Source: Haliotis cracherodii
Lineage: Eukaryota
Assembly (NCBI RefSeq): GCF_022045235.1
Contig: NW_027266297.1
Coordinates: forward strand, 70,060,001 to 70,124,000
Length of the DNA: 64,000 nucleotides
Direction of reading: 5' to 3'
Part shown: positions 32,717-43,950 of the stretch, piece by piece
Layout of the letters: every line of letters begins with the position of its first letter
Position numbering within the stretch: position 1 is the first letter of the stretch
The notes under the pieces: generated by a model
What the model saw: only the letters and a program-made list of their open reading frames with translations
Told to the model about the DNA's origin: nothing
The model's database searches: none
Program-made: the position numbers and the translations under genes

Positions 32717-35700
32717 GTGAGTATTTTTCAGTCAGGGATCCAATATGAGTTTTTAATCTATGACCGCGCATATTTTGTGAATTATTGTAAACCAGCTGTG
32801 ATATTTTGATTAATGTCACATTGTGTATTGACTTAGGGCTAATGCCTCGATGTGAGTGTTGGTTCAATGAAAACTTTGGTTGTCAAGCCGTGGATACCAT
32901 ACTTTACCTATGATAGAAACTGAAATATACTTAGAAGAGACCAAATACAAGCGTAAAGTGATACACAGTGAACAAAGCCTCCAGGGAAATAGTTCTGTGT
33001 GACGGACAAAAATGACCAGAAGACTCGAGAATATGTAGAGTCTAGACTCAGGGTTGATCATGCTGATAATAAAATAGGCCTTATATATACAATGAAATTC
33101 TGTGATTTGTACTAGGCTACCAATATTTTTGGAAAGTTTGAGTGAATCCTATATATTTCCCTATGTAACTTGTAATCATGGCAGATCACTATTGTGTAAC
33201 CCCCCTTTAACATTAATAACACGCAAAGGCGTGTGTTTTAAAGTGTTTGCATTATACAAATATGGAAAAGGATGACAGGCTTTTACATGACACATTTTAT
33301 TGTCCCCAAGGACATAATTATTAAATGTCATGGACGCAATAGCATGGCAGCGAAATAATAAAACTAACGCAAAGCATGTTAACTTAGACTCTCCTTGTTC
33401 GATTTTCTTCACTCAATGTGTCGTTTCAAACAACAAAATCCAAGTTAATAATAAGCATAAGACTTGAGATCATGAACATTGCTTATTAAAATTCCTTAAA
33501 ATGTTTGGAAAGGAAGTGTAGTGAACAACCAGTTTATAGGCTGTAGATGTGGGTCTATGTACATTTCTACCCGTAGAAATGAGAAATTGTGCACCCCAAA
33601 TCGAAAGTAATTTCGTAATCCTATTAAATAAGCAATGAATTACATTATACAAAATATTAATTGAGATTTAGATCTGAAAACATTTAAAGGGCCAATATTA
33701 TTATTTACAAGAATAACAACATATGGGGTTTATCTGTTGACTGAAACTTATCTTGAAGAAAACTTTGTTTCAACTGACAATTACAATGGGCTTTTTGATC
33801 CCAGTAGCAGATGAGATGGAGATGGGAGATGTATATTTAACAATAGATTAAAATACCAGGTATGTAAAGTGATCATGATTAATGAAGATCTCATTCAATT
33901 AACTTTAACAATGGCTTTTTGTATGTAACACCATTTATGTGATATATACAGTATATTCCAGTTATATATATGCTGGCTGGCTGGACCCTACTATGCAGTG
34001 ACTGAGGTTTGATTGACGGATATTGGATGGTTGTTGTTTTACTGTGATGTGTTTTATTGTGTGTTGGTGATAGCTTTGTGTATGTGTATGTTGGACATCG
34101 TGAATGATTATAGAGAATGATTGGTTTTCTTTATAAATGTGAATGCAATGTTTGCATTGTGATAAATAAATTGTTTTATGAAATCTCAACAGCATCCTCT
34201 GTCCCTATGATATGAATGGACTGCTCCACTGTGACATCACACAACTTGTTATAGCGAGAGAAAGCACGATAAACATGATGAACGATATTATTGTCTTATA
34301 AACAAAGTTAAGATGTTTAGAAACCTATAATCCAACTATAACAATTGTCTTATAGACAGATATTTAGAAATACGAAATAGGGTTACGTAGATTCTTATTT
34401 TCAGGGTTGCAAAGCCAGCGGTAGAAACTAACAGTTTTCGCCCACTAGTCCTTATAATGATAACATATAGCAAAAGCCTTAAAATGGGCAAATGTTTACT
34501 AGTCCTTATGATACCTTAACCATTGGGCAGTTTGGCAAGGACTATAGGACTAGTGCCAATTTCTAAAGCTGAAAGTTTCTAGGGGTACAAATTGCCACAA
34601 CCCGTAGACATCAAGTAGGTCACATTTCGCTTAGTTTAGACAAGAGCTGCGATGGAGTCCAACAGTCAAAACATGACCCTACATCGGACTGGTCACTAAA
34701 GAAGTCAGCATTTGTTACATGAAATCTTCAAGGGCTGGTGTTTTCCTGTGTATTCAGTGTCTCACTTCAACCTGGAGAATGAGGTGAGCAGCGTGCTGAG
34801 GATGGATGCTCCCGTCGCCGGTGTGACAAGAGGGCCACTCACGTCACGCTGGACCAAGAAGGCGGATGCTGACTGCAATGCCTCTGTCAACAACTCGCTC
34901 AATGCCAGCACGTCTGCCAAGACTCCGATGAAGACTGCCAACAAACCTATGGGAGCCAAAACACCCTCAACCGAATCCAAAAAAACACCCAAATCATCAG
35001 GTAAAGAAGCAGTTGTCAATAACAGTCTGTGTTCAATGTCTTGCATACTTAGATTCAGCAGGCACGTGATTTTTGTCACTTTTCTTATATGATGCCATCT
35101 TCCTGAGTAGGGAGTTAACTGACGGTAAAACTCCAGTTTCCACCCTTGCCGAACTAAGCTGGAATTCCTGGGCTTGATTGTAATGCCGCTAGTGGCTATT
35201 ACTAGTATTAGTATTACAAGTTATGTCTCTTCTATGTCCCTATTGACCAATCAAATTTCACCTTTCATATCGCTTAAATTTGGTTCAAACAAAATGGTGG
35301 TGGCCAGTCAAGATGTTTTGATCGATAATCGAAATGTATGTTTTAATAAAATGTGTCAAAATTTGTGAAGTGCAACAAACCACATGAACACCTTGATTAA
35401 AAACATGAAATGATGTGTAAAATATATGTTGACGCTGTACACATCTTTTGCAAATCCTGCAAGCAACTGAATTCTGTATGGCAGTTTATTTTTTTATTTA
35501 AAAAAAAAATTGGATTGGACTATGCATAGGCTCATTAGTCCAGCCAAAATATAGCCCCGTAATGCCAGCCTAGTTCGGCAAGGGTGGAAACTGGACCTTC
35601 ATAGTTGGTTAACTCCCTTGCCTCGGGAAGATATGTTGCAGATTATCCATTGTATTGTATAGAAAAGTACAAAACAACTTGGGCTGCACCCCTCATGGTT

Positions 35701-38700
35701 TATTCCCCTTGCAGTGTTTTAGTGTACGATCAACAACTCCCACTCGTTGTTTATTTCTTAAATATATTGGGTGCCATCATTAATAAGTTGGAATATTGCT
35801 GAGTGTGGTGTTAAAAGATAAACAAAGCCCAGTATCTTACCTTCGTTTTGAACACTGATCATGCTTATGATTACAGTTCCAGCTGTAGTTTGAGAATAAT
35901 GTATGTATTACTTGTGACAGGCAAACATCGGACTCCTGGCGGTAAAGCCCCCAAGACCCCTACAGGAGGTGACCGCTTCATCCCTAACCGTGCCACCACC
36001 CAGTTTGAGTTGGGCCACTACAAGATTGTCAGCGAGGGAGAGAAACCCGAGGACAATGAGCTTCTGAGTCCGACTCAGCAGGAGTACCAGCGTGTGATGA
36101 GTGACAACCTTAACGGCGAGCTCCTCAACAGCAAGATCATCGCCTACAAGAGCAAAGCTCCTCAAGCACCTGAAGGTATACTGTCAATGGTTGTCACTGA
36201 ACATGATCTAAGTCTGTCAACAATCTTGTTGTTTGTCAGTCATGATGGATGTAGCAATGTTGGGCAGGGTTGGATTCCAACATCGTTGATTCAAATCCCA
36301 GAGACACCCTTCTTTTGTGAGCACCATACTCGGGTTCCAAAGCTGCGTCAACCCCAATTCACTATACCCTTGACATGTATCTCTTTTCTCATCAGTGGGT
36401 ATATCGGGCATAAGATGACAAAATATCTTTACCTGTGTGGATTCTCGGTAGGCATATAGGTCCACGGCAACCTAAACTTGTTGTATGAGGCAACTAAATG
36501 GATCGGGTGGTCAGGCTCAGTGACTTACGTGTCATCTACTCCAATTGCACGGATCAATGCTCATGATGTCAATCTCTGGATTGTCTGGCCCAGACTTCAT
36601 TATACAGACCGCTAGGATATTGCTCATAGAGGCATTAAACAAAAACCTTGCACAATAGAATTTATGACTTTTGATTTTCTAGTATCTGACCACTTCATTC
36701 TGTCAATGTGAAGTTTCAGTACAGCTCCTGGAACATGTACGAAAACATCTCATTGAAAGAATAGAAGTGGAAATCCATAGGTCGACCTGTCTTCATTGAT
36801 GCTACCATGACAACATTTACATGTCACGAACTCTGGCTAACCAGGTATAAAGTTGGTAGAATGTATACCGGATAATAATTGTTTTACGTCTGCATGAAAG
36901 AGAAGGGAAAGGATTGAGTGATGTGTGATTGTTCCCAGGCTACAACAACAACCTCAGGGTGTTGTACAGTACAACCAAGACAGCCGCCAGTGCCAAGAAG
37001 ACAATACGACACATTCCACAAGTACCCGAGAGAATACTCGATGCCCCGGACATCCTAGATGATTATTGTGAGTACTACACAGGTTGTGGGCACGGGTGGC
37101 CTAGCGGTCCTATTGGCTGCATTGGGTGTTAGCAGTTAATTCCTAAGTGTCATTTCTGTCCTTGTTGGTTTGAGTACGGTGGTAAATATCTGTTACACTG
37201 GGCTGACTTTTGACAGTGTTCAGCCAGTTATCCCAAAACAGAGAGAAGCCTGACAGCCCTGTTTAGTATTATTTTGAAAATTCTCAAGTACTAGAAGACA
37301 TGACACCAAATGCCAAACGAACAGTTATGACACCACATAATACCTGCACATTTAGAACATGTAGATTGGAAATGATCACATGTTTACCATGACCGCTTTG
37401 TGAAGTTGTTAATATTGGGGTCTTTCCAATATTTGACCAGTTTAGCCTGACAGCAATGAAGAAATGTACCTGACTCTTGAATGAGCATGTTCCTGTCTGT
37501 CATGTCTACAGCGTGTGTAATATCTGAATATGGTGCGACCCGTGAAGATTCTGGGGTAGAATAGGTCTTCAGCAACCCATGCTTGCCGTAAAAGGTGACT
37601 ATGCTTGTGGTAAAAGGCGACTAACGGGATCGGGTGGTCAGGCTCGCTTACTTGTTGGATACATGTCATCAATCCCAATTGCGTGGATCGATGCTCATGA
37701 TATCAATCACTGGATTGTTTGGTCCAGACTCGATTATTTACAGACCGCCGTCATATAGCTGGAATATTGCTGAGTGCGGCGTTAAACAACAAACCAACCA
37801 ACTGAATATGGTGCAAAGTGTCTCAGTGTCTTGTTCCTAATGCCAGAATACCTTTCACATTTGAACTGTCACTACATCTCTCATTTGAGGGCGGTCAGGT
37901 AGCCTAGTGGTTAAAGCGTTCGCTCGTCACACCGAAGATCTGGGTTGAATTCCGGACATGGGTACAATGTGTGATGCCCATTTCTGGTGTCCCCTGGCGT
38001 GATATTGCTGGAATATTGCTAAAAGCAGCGAAAAACCATACTCACTCACACTTTCATTGGAAACTGAAACCCTATTCCCTCCCTGACTGACTTGTGTAAT
38101 GTTGTCAGACCTGAACCTGCTGGACTGGTCAGTGAACAATTACCTGGCGGTGTGTCTGGGCAGCTCTGTCTACCTGTGGAATGCCAGTAGTGGCGACATC
38201 AGCCAGCTGTGTCAGATGGACGGGCAGGACGAGTACGTTGGCGCGGTGTCGTGGATCAAGGAGGGCAACTACCTCGCGGTCGGGACCAGTAGCGGTGAGG
38301 TTCAGGTGGGTCTGTCTACAGTGTGGCTGTTACTCCTAGAGTGGTGTAGAACTCCTTGTAGACAACATATCAAGTATGTCTGTAGTTCAGACCTGTTCCG
38401 CTTACATGAATCTGATAGACCTAGCATAGCTGTGTAACAATGAATAGTAAGATCACTTTGTGGAACAGGTGCCCTTAGAGCTTTGTCATATCATCCATCT
38501 GGGTCACTATTCCGAAGCCAGAGTCTAGCAAGCTCATAGAATAGTCCACATAATAACAGTAAATTCTACTGAGTCATGTTAGGGCAAGTAGTCTCCAAGC
38601 ACAGTGCCTCTTGTAACAACACACATCAGACACTAGAGGTGAAACGATACATGGTCATGATACGATACGTATCGCGATACAGATATTTACGTAAAATCTC

Positions 38701-41700
38701 ATGGAAACTTCTTGACAATAGATATTTCAGTGCAAGTTCAAAAGGAAAATCTAGCTGTAGACACATGTTCGTAGCGGCTATTTTCAGTAGTGAACTTGAA
38801 AGGCTAATTACAACACATCTTGCAATATTTGACTGACAAAAACATCAGGGATCATCATGATCATTAAACGAGTTGTAAGTAATTTATTTAAGTAAGTGTA
38901 TCGGCTTGTATCGATGTAGAAAAAAACGTATCATGTATCGTATCGTCACATGAAAACTCACTATCATTTCACCCCAATCAGACACATCATCAGTATGTAG
39001 GAATAGTGGAAGACTTGGACTGCCTCTGTATCACCCTGTCTACTGGAAGTGTCAGCTGCACTGAGACACCTACCGTATTCGACGTAATAAGTGCCCCACT
39101 CTAATAAGCGCCCCACTCTAATAAGCGCCCACAGCGATATTTGCTGATATATTGGCCAGTGAACAATCCCAATTAGCACCCCTTCTGATTGATCAATGTA
39201 CACAAGACTTATTTATTTGCGTATAATACACACTCGTTTGTTATATGCAACCTTAATTATGGGCAATTAAATTCTGGAAAAATATATCTGTCGTACATAA
39301 ACATTTCAGGCTATCACCATAAACCACCAAAATTTATCTTTCAACTCTGTTTTTTTTTCACCAAAATATTCTAATAAGAGCCCCTCTAATTTTGAGAGTG
39401 CCCTGGGCGCTTATTACGTCAAATATGGTATTGCTGTGGGATGAGGCCCTCACTTCATGGAACACACCAGAACAAACACAATCACCACTATCGCTTTGGA
39501 CAAGAGGTTTCTTGACACCAAATTGACTTTTACTCAGTGAGGTATTCAATTTGTAATGTGTTTTATGTTTCAGTTGTGGGATGTGACACAGCAGAAGAAG
39601 CTACGGAGCATGCGGAGCCATGCTGCACGTGTTGGTAGCCTCTCCTGGAACTCCTACATCCTCAGCAGGTGCTCACTCTGTCAATCTCTCACTCACGCTG
39701 CATTTACTGCATGGTATTAGAGTTCCATCACAGTGGAAGACCACCCTCCTAGACACCTCATGTTCATGATGAACTACCGACCATAGTATCTACATGCACA
39801 CGTCATGACTGTTGTGAAACAGATCCAAGCAATGGCATCACTAAAGTATGGTCAAAGAATTTTACACCTGTGATGGTCCAGGTCAGAATAGTTCTTTAGC
39901 AACTCAGAAGGTGACTACGCTTGTCATAAAAGGCGACTAACGGTATCGGGTGGTCAGACTGGCTGACTTGGTTGATGCATGTCATCGTGTCCAAATTGCA
40001 TGGATCGATGCTCATGATATCAATCCTCATGATATCAATCACTGGGTTGTCTGGTCCAGACACAATTATTTACAGACTGCTGCCATATAGCTGGAATATT
40101 ACAGAGTGTGGCGTTAAACAACAAATAAGCAAACAAACAACATTGTTTCTCTTCTGGACCTCATCTTCAGCAGCATGCTAGTGCAGTTGTTTGTACACAC
40201 ATCGTCATGCACGGAAATATCTCCTGTTTCAGTGGGTCCCGAAGTGGCAGCATCCATCACCATGATGTGCGAGTGGCCCAGCATCACGCGGGCACCCTCA
40301 CTGGACATGCACAGGAAGTGTGCGGTCTCAAGTGGTCACCGGACGGCAAATACCTCGCCAGTGGCGGCAATGACAACATCCTCAACATTTGGTCAGCAGC
40401 GATGGGAAGCCAGTCCGCAGACAACACACAGCCCTTGTACTCCTTCTCCCAGCACCAAGCAGCAGTTAAGGTAGGTCCACAACTGTTGCCCACATTCACA
40501 GGATAATCTGGCACTGAGCAGCAGTCCATGTAGGTCCACATTCACAGGACAATCTGACACCGAGCAGCAGTCCATGTAGGTCACATTCACAGGACAATCT
40601 AGCACCGAGCAGCAGTCCATGTAGGTCACATTCACAGGACAATCTAGCACCGAGCAGCTGTCCATGTAGGTCCACATTCACAGGACAATCTGGCACTGAG
40701 CAGCAGTCCATGTAGGTCATATTCACAGGACAATCTAGCACCGAGCAGCAGTCCATGTAGGTCCACATTCACAGGACAATCTAGCACCGAGCAGCAGTCC
40801 ATGTAGGTCCACATTCACAGGACAATCTGGCACCGAGCAGCAGTCCATGTAGGTCACATTCACAGGACAATCTGGCACTGAGCAGCAGTCCATGTAGGTC
40901 ACATTCACAGGTCAATCTGGCACTGAGCAGCAGTCCATGTAGGTCACATTCACAGGACAATCTGACACCGAGCAGCAGTCAAGGTAGGTCCACATTCACA
41001 GGACAATCTGGCACTGAGCAGCAGTCCATGTAGGTCACATTCACAGGTCAATCTGGCGCCGAGCAGCAGTCCATGTAGGTCCACATTCACAGGACAATCC
41101 GGCACCGAGCAGCAGTCCATGTAGGTCCACATTCACAGGACAATCCGGCACCGAGCAGCAGTCCATGTAGGTCCACATTCACAGGACAATCTAGCACCGA
41201 GCAGCAGTCCATGTAGGTCCACATTCACAGGACAATCTAGCACCGAGCAGCAGTCCATGTAGGTCCACATTCACAGGACAATCTAGCACCGAGCAGTAGT
41301 CCATGTAGGTCCAGATTCACAGGACAATCTGGCACCGAGCAGCAGTCCATGTAGGTCACATTCACAGGACAGTCTAGCACCGAGCAGCAGTCCATGTAGG
41401 TCCACATTCACAGGACAATCTAGCACCGAGCAGCAGTCCATGTAGGTCCAGATTCACAGGACAATCTGGCACCGAGCAGCAGTCCATGTAGGTCCAGATT
41501 CACAGGACAATCGCGCACCAAACTTCTTAGCTTTGAAAGGCTAAGTCTGAAGCATGTAGATTGTAACAATCCACCTCCTGTTCATGTGAAATAGCTTTCT
41601 GCTGCTGTCATGGAACACATTATTAGACAATATCCAACGAGCTATGAACATTATGGATTATTTGTAGAAAAGTAGACTGAGCTCCCAGCATGTCCGCTGG

Positions 41701-43040
41701 CATTGAAGCAATGGAAGTATCACAAATACAAGTGGGATCATCCTAACATGTGGGTATGTTAAGGATCAAGGAAATATCAATACACCAGGTCAATGAATCC
41801 CCCACCATGTATCAGTCATTTTGAGAAAGACAATGAAGAAGCACGTGAAATGTCAACCGAACAGACTCCACTGACGTGTGAAGTAAGCCATGTCATCATC
41901 ATTATCATGGTAATTGTAGTAGTTTGTCATGTCATGTTCAAGGACCTGCTCTCATTGTTTTCCTGTAAGACTGCAGGACCTGACCAGGGCCCACATGCAC
42001 AAAGCGATCTTAGCGCTAAGACGATCATAACTCCCCATCATTTAACATCGGCTTACAATAGTTTTAGCGCTAAGATCACTTTGTGCATGTGGGCCCAGGT
42101 GTCGACATTGTTTACCTATAAGATTGACTGTTGCTGCAGACTGTGGCCTGTGAATGTCATTCTGGTTATCTGTAAGACTGTTGTTGCAGGTCGTGGCCTG
42201 GTGTCAGTGTTGTTTTGTTTATCTGTAAGACTAACTGTGTTGTTGCAGGCCGTGGCCTGGTGTCCGTGGCAGTCCAGCCTGCTGGCCAGTGGTGGGGGAA
42301 CGGCTGACCGACACATTCGCTTCTGGAACTGCAACACAGGGACCTGCCTGAATGCTGTCGATACCAAGTCACAGGTGTGTAGAAACCTCCCAGAGAAATG
42401 CCCTGTGTTGCTGTCAATGCAGTGTTGCTATCATTGCCCCATTGCCGTCATTGCGACATTGCCCTGTGTTGCCATCATTGCCCTGTGTTTTTGTCATTGC
42501 CGTCATTGACCTGTGTTGGCATCATTGCCTTGCGTTACCCATATTGACCTGTGTTGCCGACGTTTTCCTAATCAAAGATATTTTGTTCTCAGACACATCT
42601 GCCAACACCCATCATGAAAAGTTTGGGGAAAATACTGAAAAATTCTCGTTTAAATATATCTCAAAGGAAAGAAAAAATTAAATATCCTTTCTGAGCCAAC
42701 TTCATTGGCAGTGATTTTCATTTGTTAATTCTTCCTGCAGGTGTGTGCTCTACTGTGGTCGACAGAGCACCGAGAACTCATCTCAAGTCATGGGTTTGCC
42801 CAGAACCAGCTGATCATCTGGAAGTACCCGGCCATGTCGAAGATAGCAGAGCTGACGGGCCACACTGCCAGGGTGCTCCACATGGCCATGTCACCAGATG
42901 GCACCACTGTGGTGTCCGCCGGCGCCGACGAGACGCTACGACTCTGGAAATGTTTTGCAGTTGATGAGAAGAAGAAGACCACCCAGAAATCTGCATCCAA
43001 GAGCACCTCCTCCACATTGCATCGAGCTCTGATAAGATGA
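32716..43040 (+). CDS. CDC20: Cell division cycle protein 20 (fizzy; APC/C activator), ~527 aa
   Basis: Exons: 32716 (A of the ATG, inferred); 34758-35000 ([A][20 protein letters not shown]...); 35921-36175 (C-box DRFIPNR; KIIAY Mad2-binding-like motif); 36939-37067 ([14 protein letters not shown]); 38109-38305; 39574-39668; 40233-40470 ([12 protein letters not shown]); 42249-42374 ([16 protein letters not shown]); 42741-43040 (WD40s, C-terminal IR tail). Phases are consistent; total 1584 nt. Confidence 0.95.
35097..35632. mobile_element. MITE family 1 (~535 bp, long TIRs)
   Basis: TIR ATCTTCCTGAGTAGGGAGTTAACTGAC...CCAGTTTCCACCCTTGCCGAACTA with its inverse at 35565-35632. Other copies at ~48982-49516 (inverted) and ~62965-63460. 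Confidence 0.85.
37537..37800 (+). mobile_element. SINE family A copy with 13-bp TSD
   Basis: Flanked by CTGAATATGGTGC. More degenerate copies at ~5160-5365, 36460-36640, 39870-40140, 46890-47110, 57060-57246 and 62650-62860. Confidence 0.9.
37888..38050 (+). mobile_element. tRNA-derived SINE family B copy
   Basis: Same head and tail as the copy at 26645. Partial minus-strand copies at ~9752-9850 and ~56485-56560. Confidence 0.85.
39073..39428. mobile_element. Tc1/mariner-pogo-type MITE (TA TSD)
   Basis: TA|CCGTATTCGACGTAATAAGTGCC ... GGCGCTTATTACGTCAAATATGG|TA with internal TAATAAGCGCCCC sub-repeats. Confidence 0.75.
40471..41515. repeat. 45-46-bp minisatellite in the CDC20 intron after exon 7
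   Basis: Unit CACATTCACAGGACAATCTAGCACCGAGCAGCAGTCCATGTAGGTC. Confidence 0.97.
41984..42099. mobile_element. Short palindromic MITE (~115 bp hairpin)
   Basis: GGGCCCACATGCACAAAGCGATCTTAGCGCTAAGAC...GTTTTAGCGCTAAGATCACTTTGTGCATGTGGGCCC. Degenerate relatives at ~26913-27008 and ~38390-38470. Confidence 0.75.
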
Positions 43041-43950
43041 TGTTCCATGGACGACAGTCCACACTCTGTGCAATATTATGTTGGACTTTATGTACAGGAC
43101 ATTTCTTACACATGCATCACTTTCATCAATACATTTCTCATCCTTGTATCTTTCTTTCATTGACATTGGACGTCAGCAAATGACAACTGTTCTTGATCAC
43201 ACCTATCCTACATATACCTAGCAGAGATCTTGTGATCGTGGCAAGATGTCCCTGTACCTGTTTAGAGGAAATCATGTTTATATCTGTCTTGTTTGTTATC
43301 TTGGGTTGTTAGTTGTGGCTTATTTTGTAGGCCCGTTACACTATTGTTTTTGTGAATGGATTTGACTGAAGATTTACTGACTGGACTGGGTTGTTAGGCT
43401 TGTATCATTACCTCACTAGGGAGAGATGGCCGGCAGATGCTATCCCTGCCGTCATTTTGTTCCCTACTTAGACGGACGCGGTGGTGACGCGGCACTACAC
43501 GTGGCAGTGTTGATTACTAGTATTTGTACAAACGTTTCAGGAGACCAATAACTTCTGAAACCCATTTCTCAGCAACCAATTATGAACACAATCAATCATG
43601 CCCATTCAAGATTTGTGCACAGGCCCAGCTCATTACCCACTCAGTGCTTATGTCACAGTGCTACCACTCGAAGCCCCTGAAGGTACATCTTTACTGTCCC
43701 TTGTGGGGAGAGAGATCATGTGTAATAACTGTGTGATATTTCCACTCGTGCACTGATCGGTCAGTTGAAGCTAGTAAAGTCAGTGCTTTGTTGTTGAGAA
43801 AAATATAAGACATCATTCATTGTTCATGTGGTCACAAATTGATTACATTGTCATCTTAACAATAGACTACTTTCAGGGAATTTTCAAACTGTTTTTTTTT
43901 CTTCCCAAAGACTTGGGACTTGTAGAATTTTCCTATTCGGAATATTCTAT

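Noticed and set aside
40471-41515. CRISPR-like regular repeats (here and at 51333, 60163, 61840)
   Set aside because: Head-to-tail units without unique spacers, no cas genes and a eukaryotic context.
43502-43523. TGGCAGTGTTGATTACTAGTAT, a miR-34/449-like seed in the CDC20 3' region (tempting because miR-449 sits in vertebrate CDC20B)
   Set aside because: No complementary 3' arm downstream to form a pre-miRNA with this sequence as 5p, and similarity beyond the first 9 nt is poor. Small-RNA-seq would be needed to revive it.
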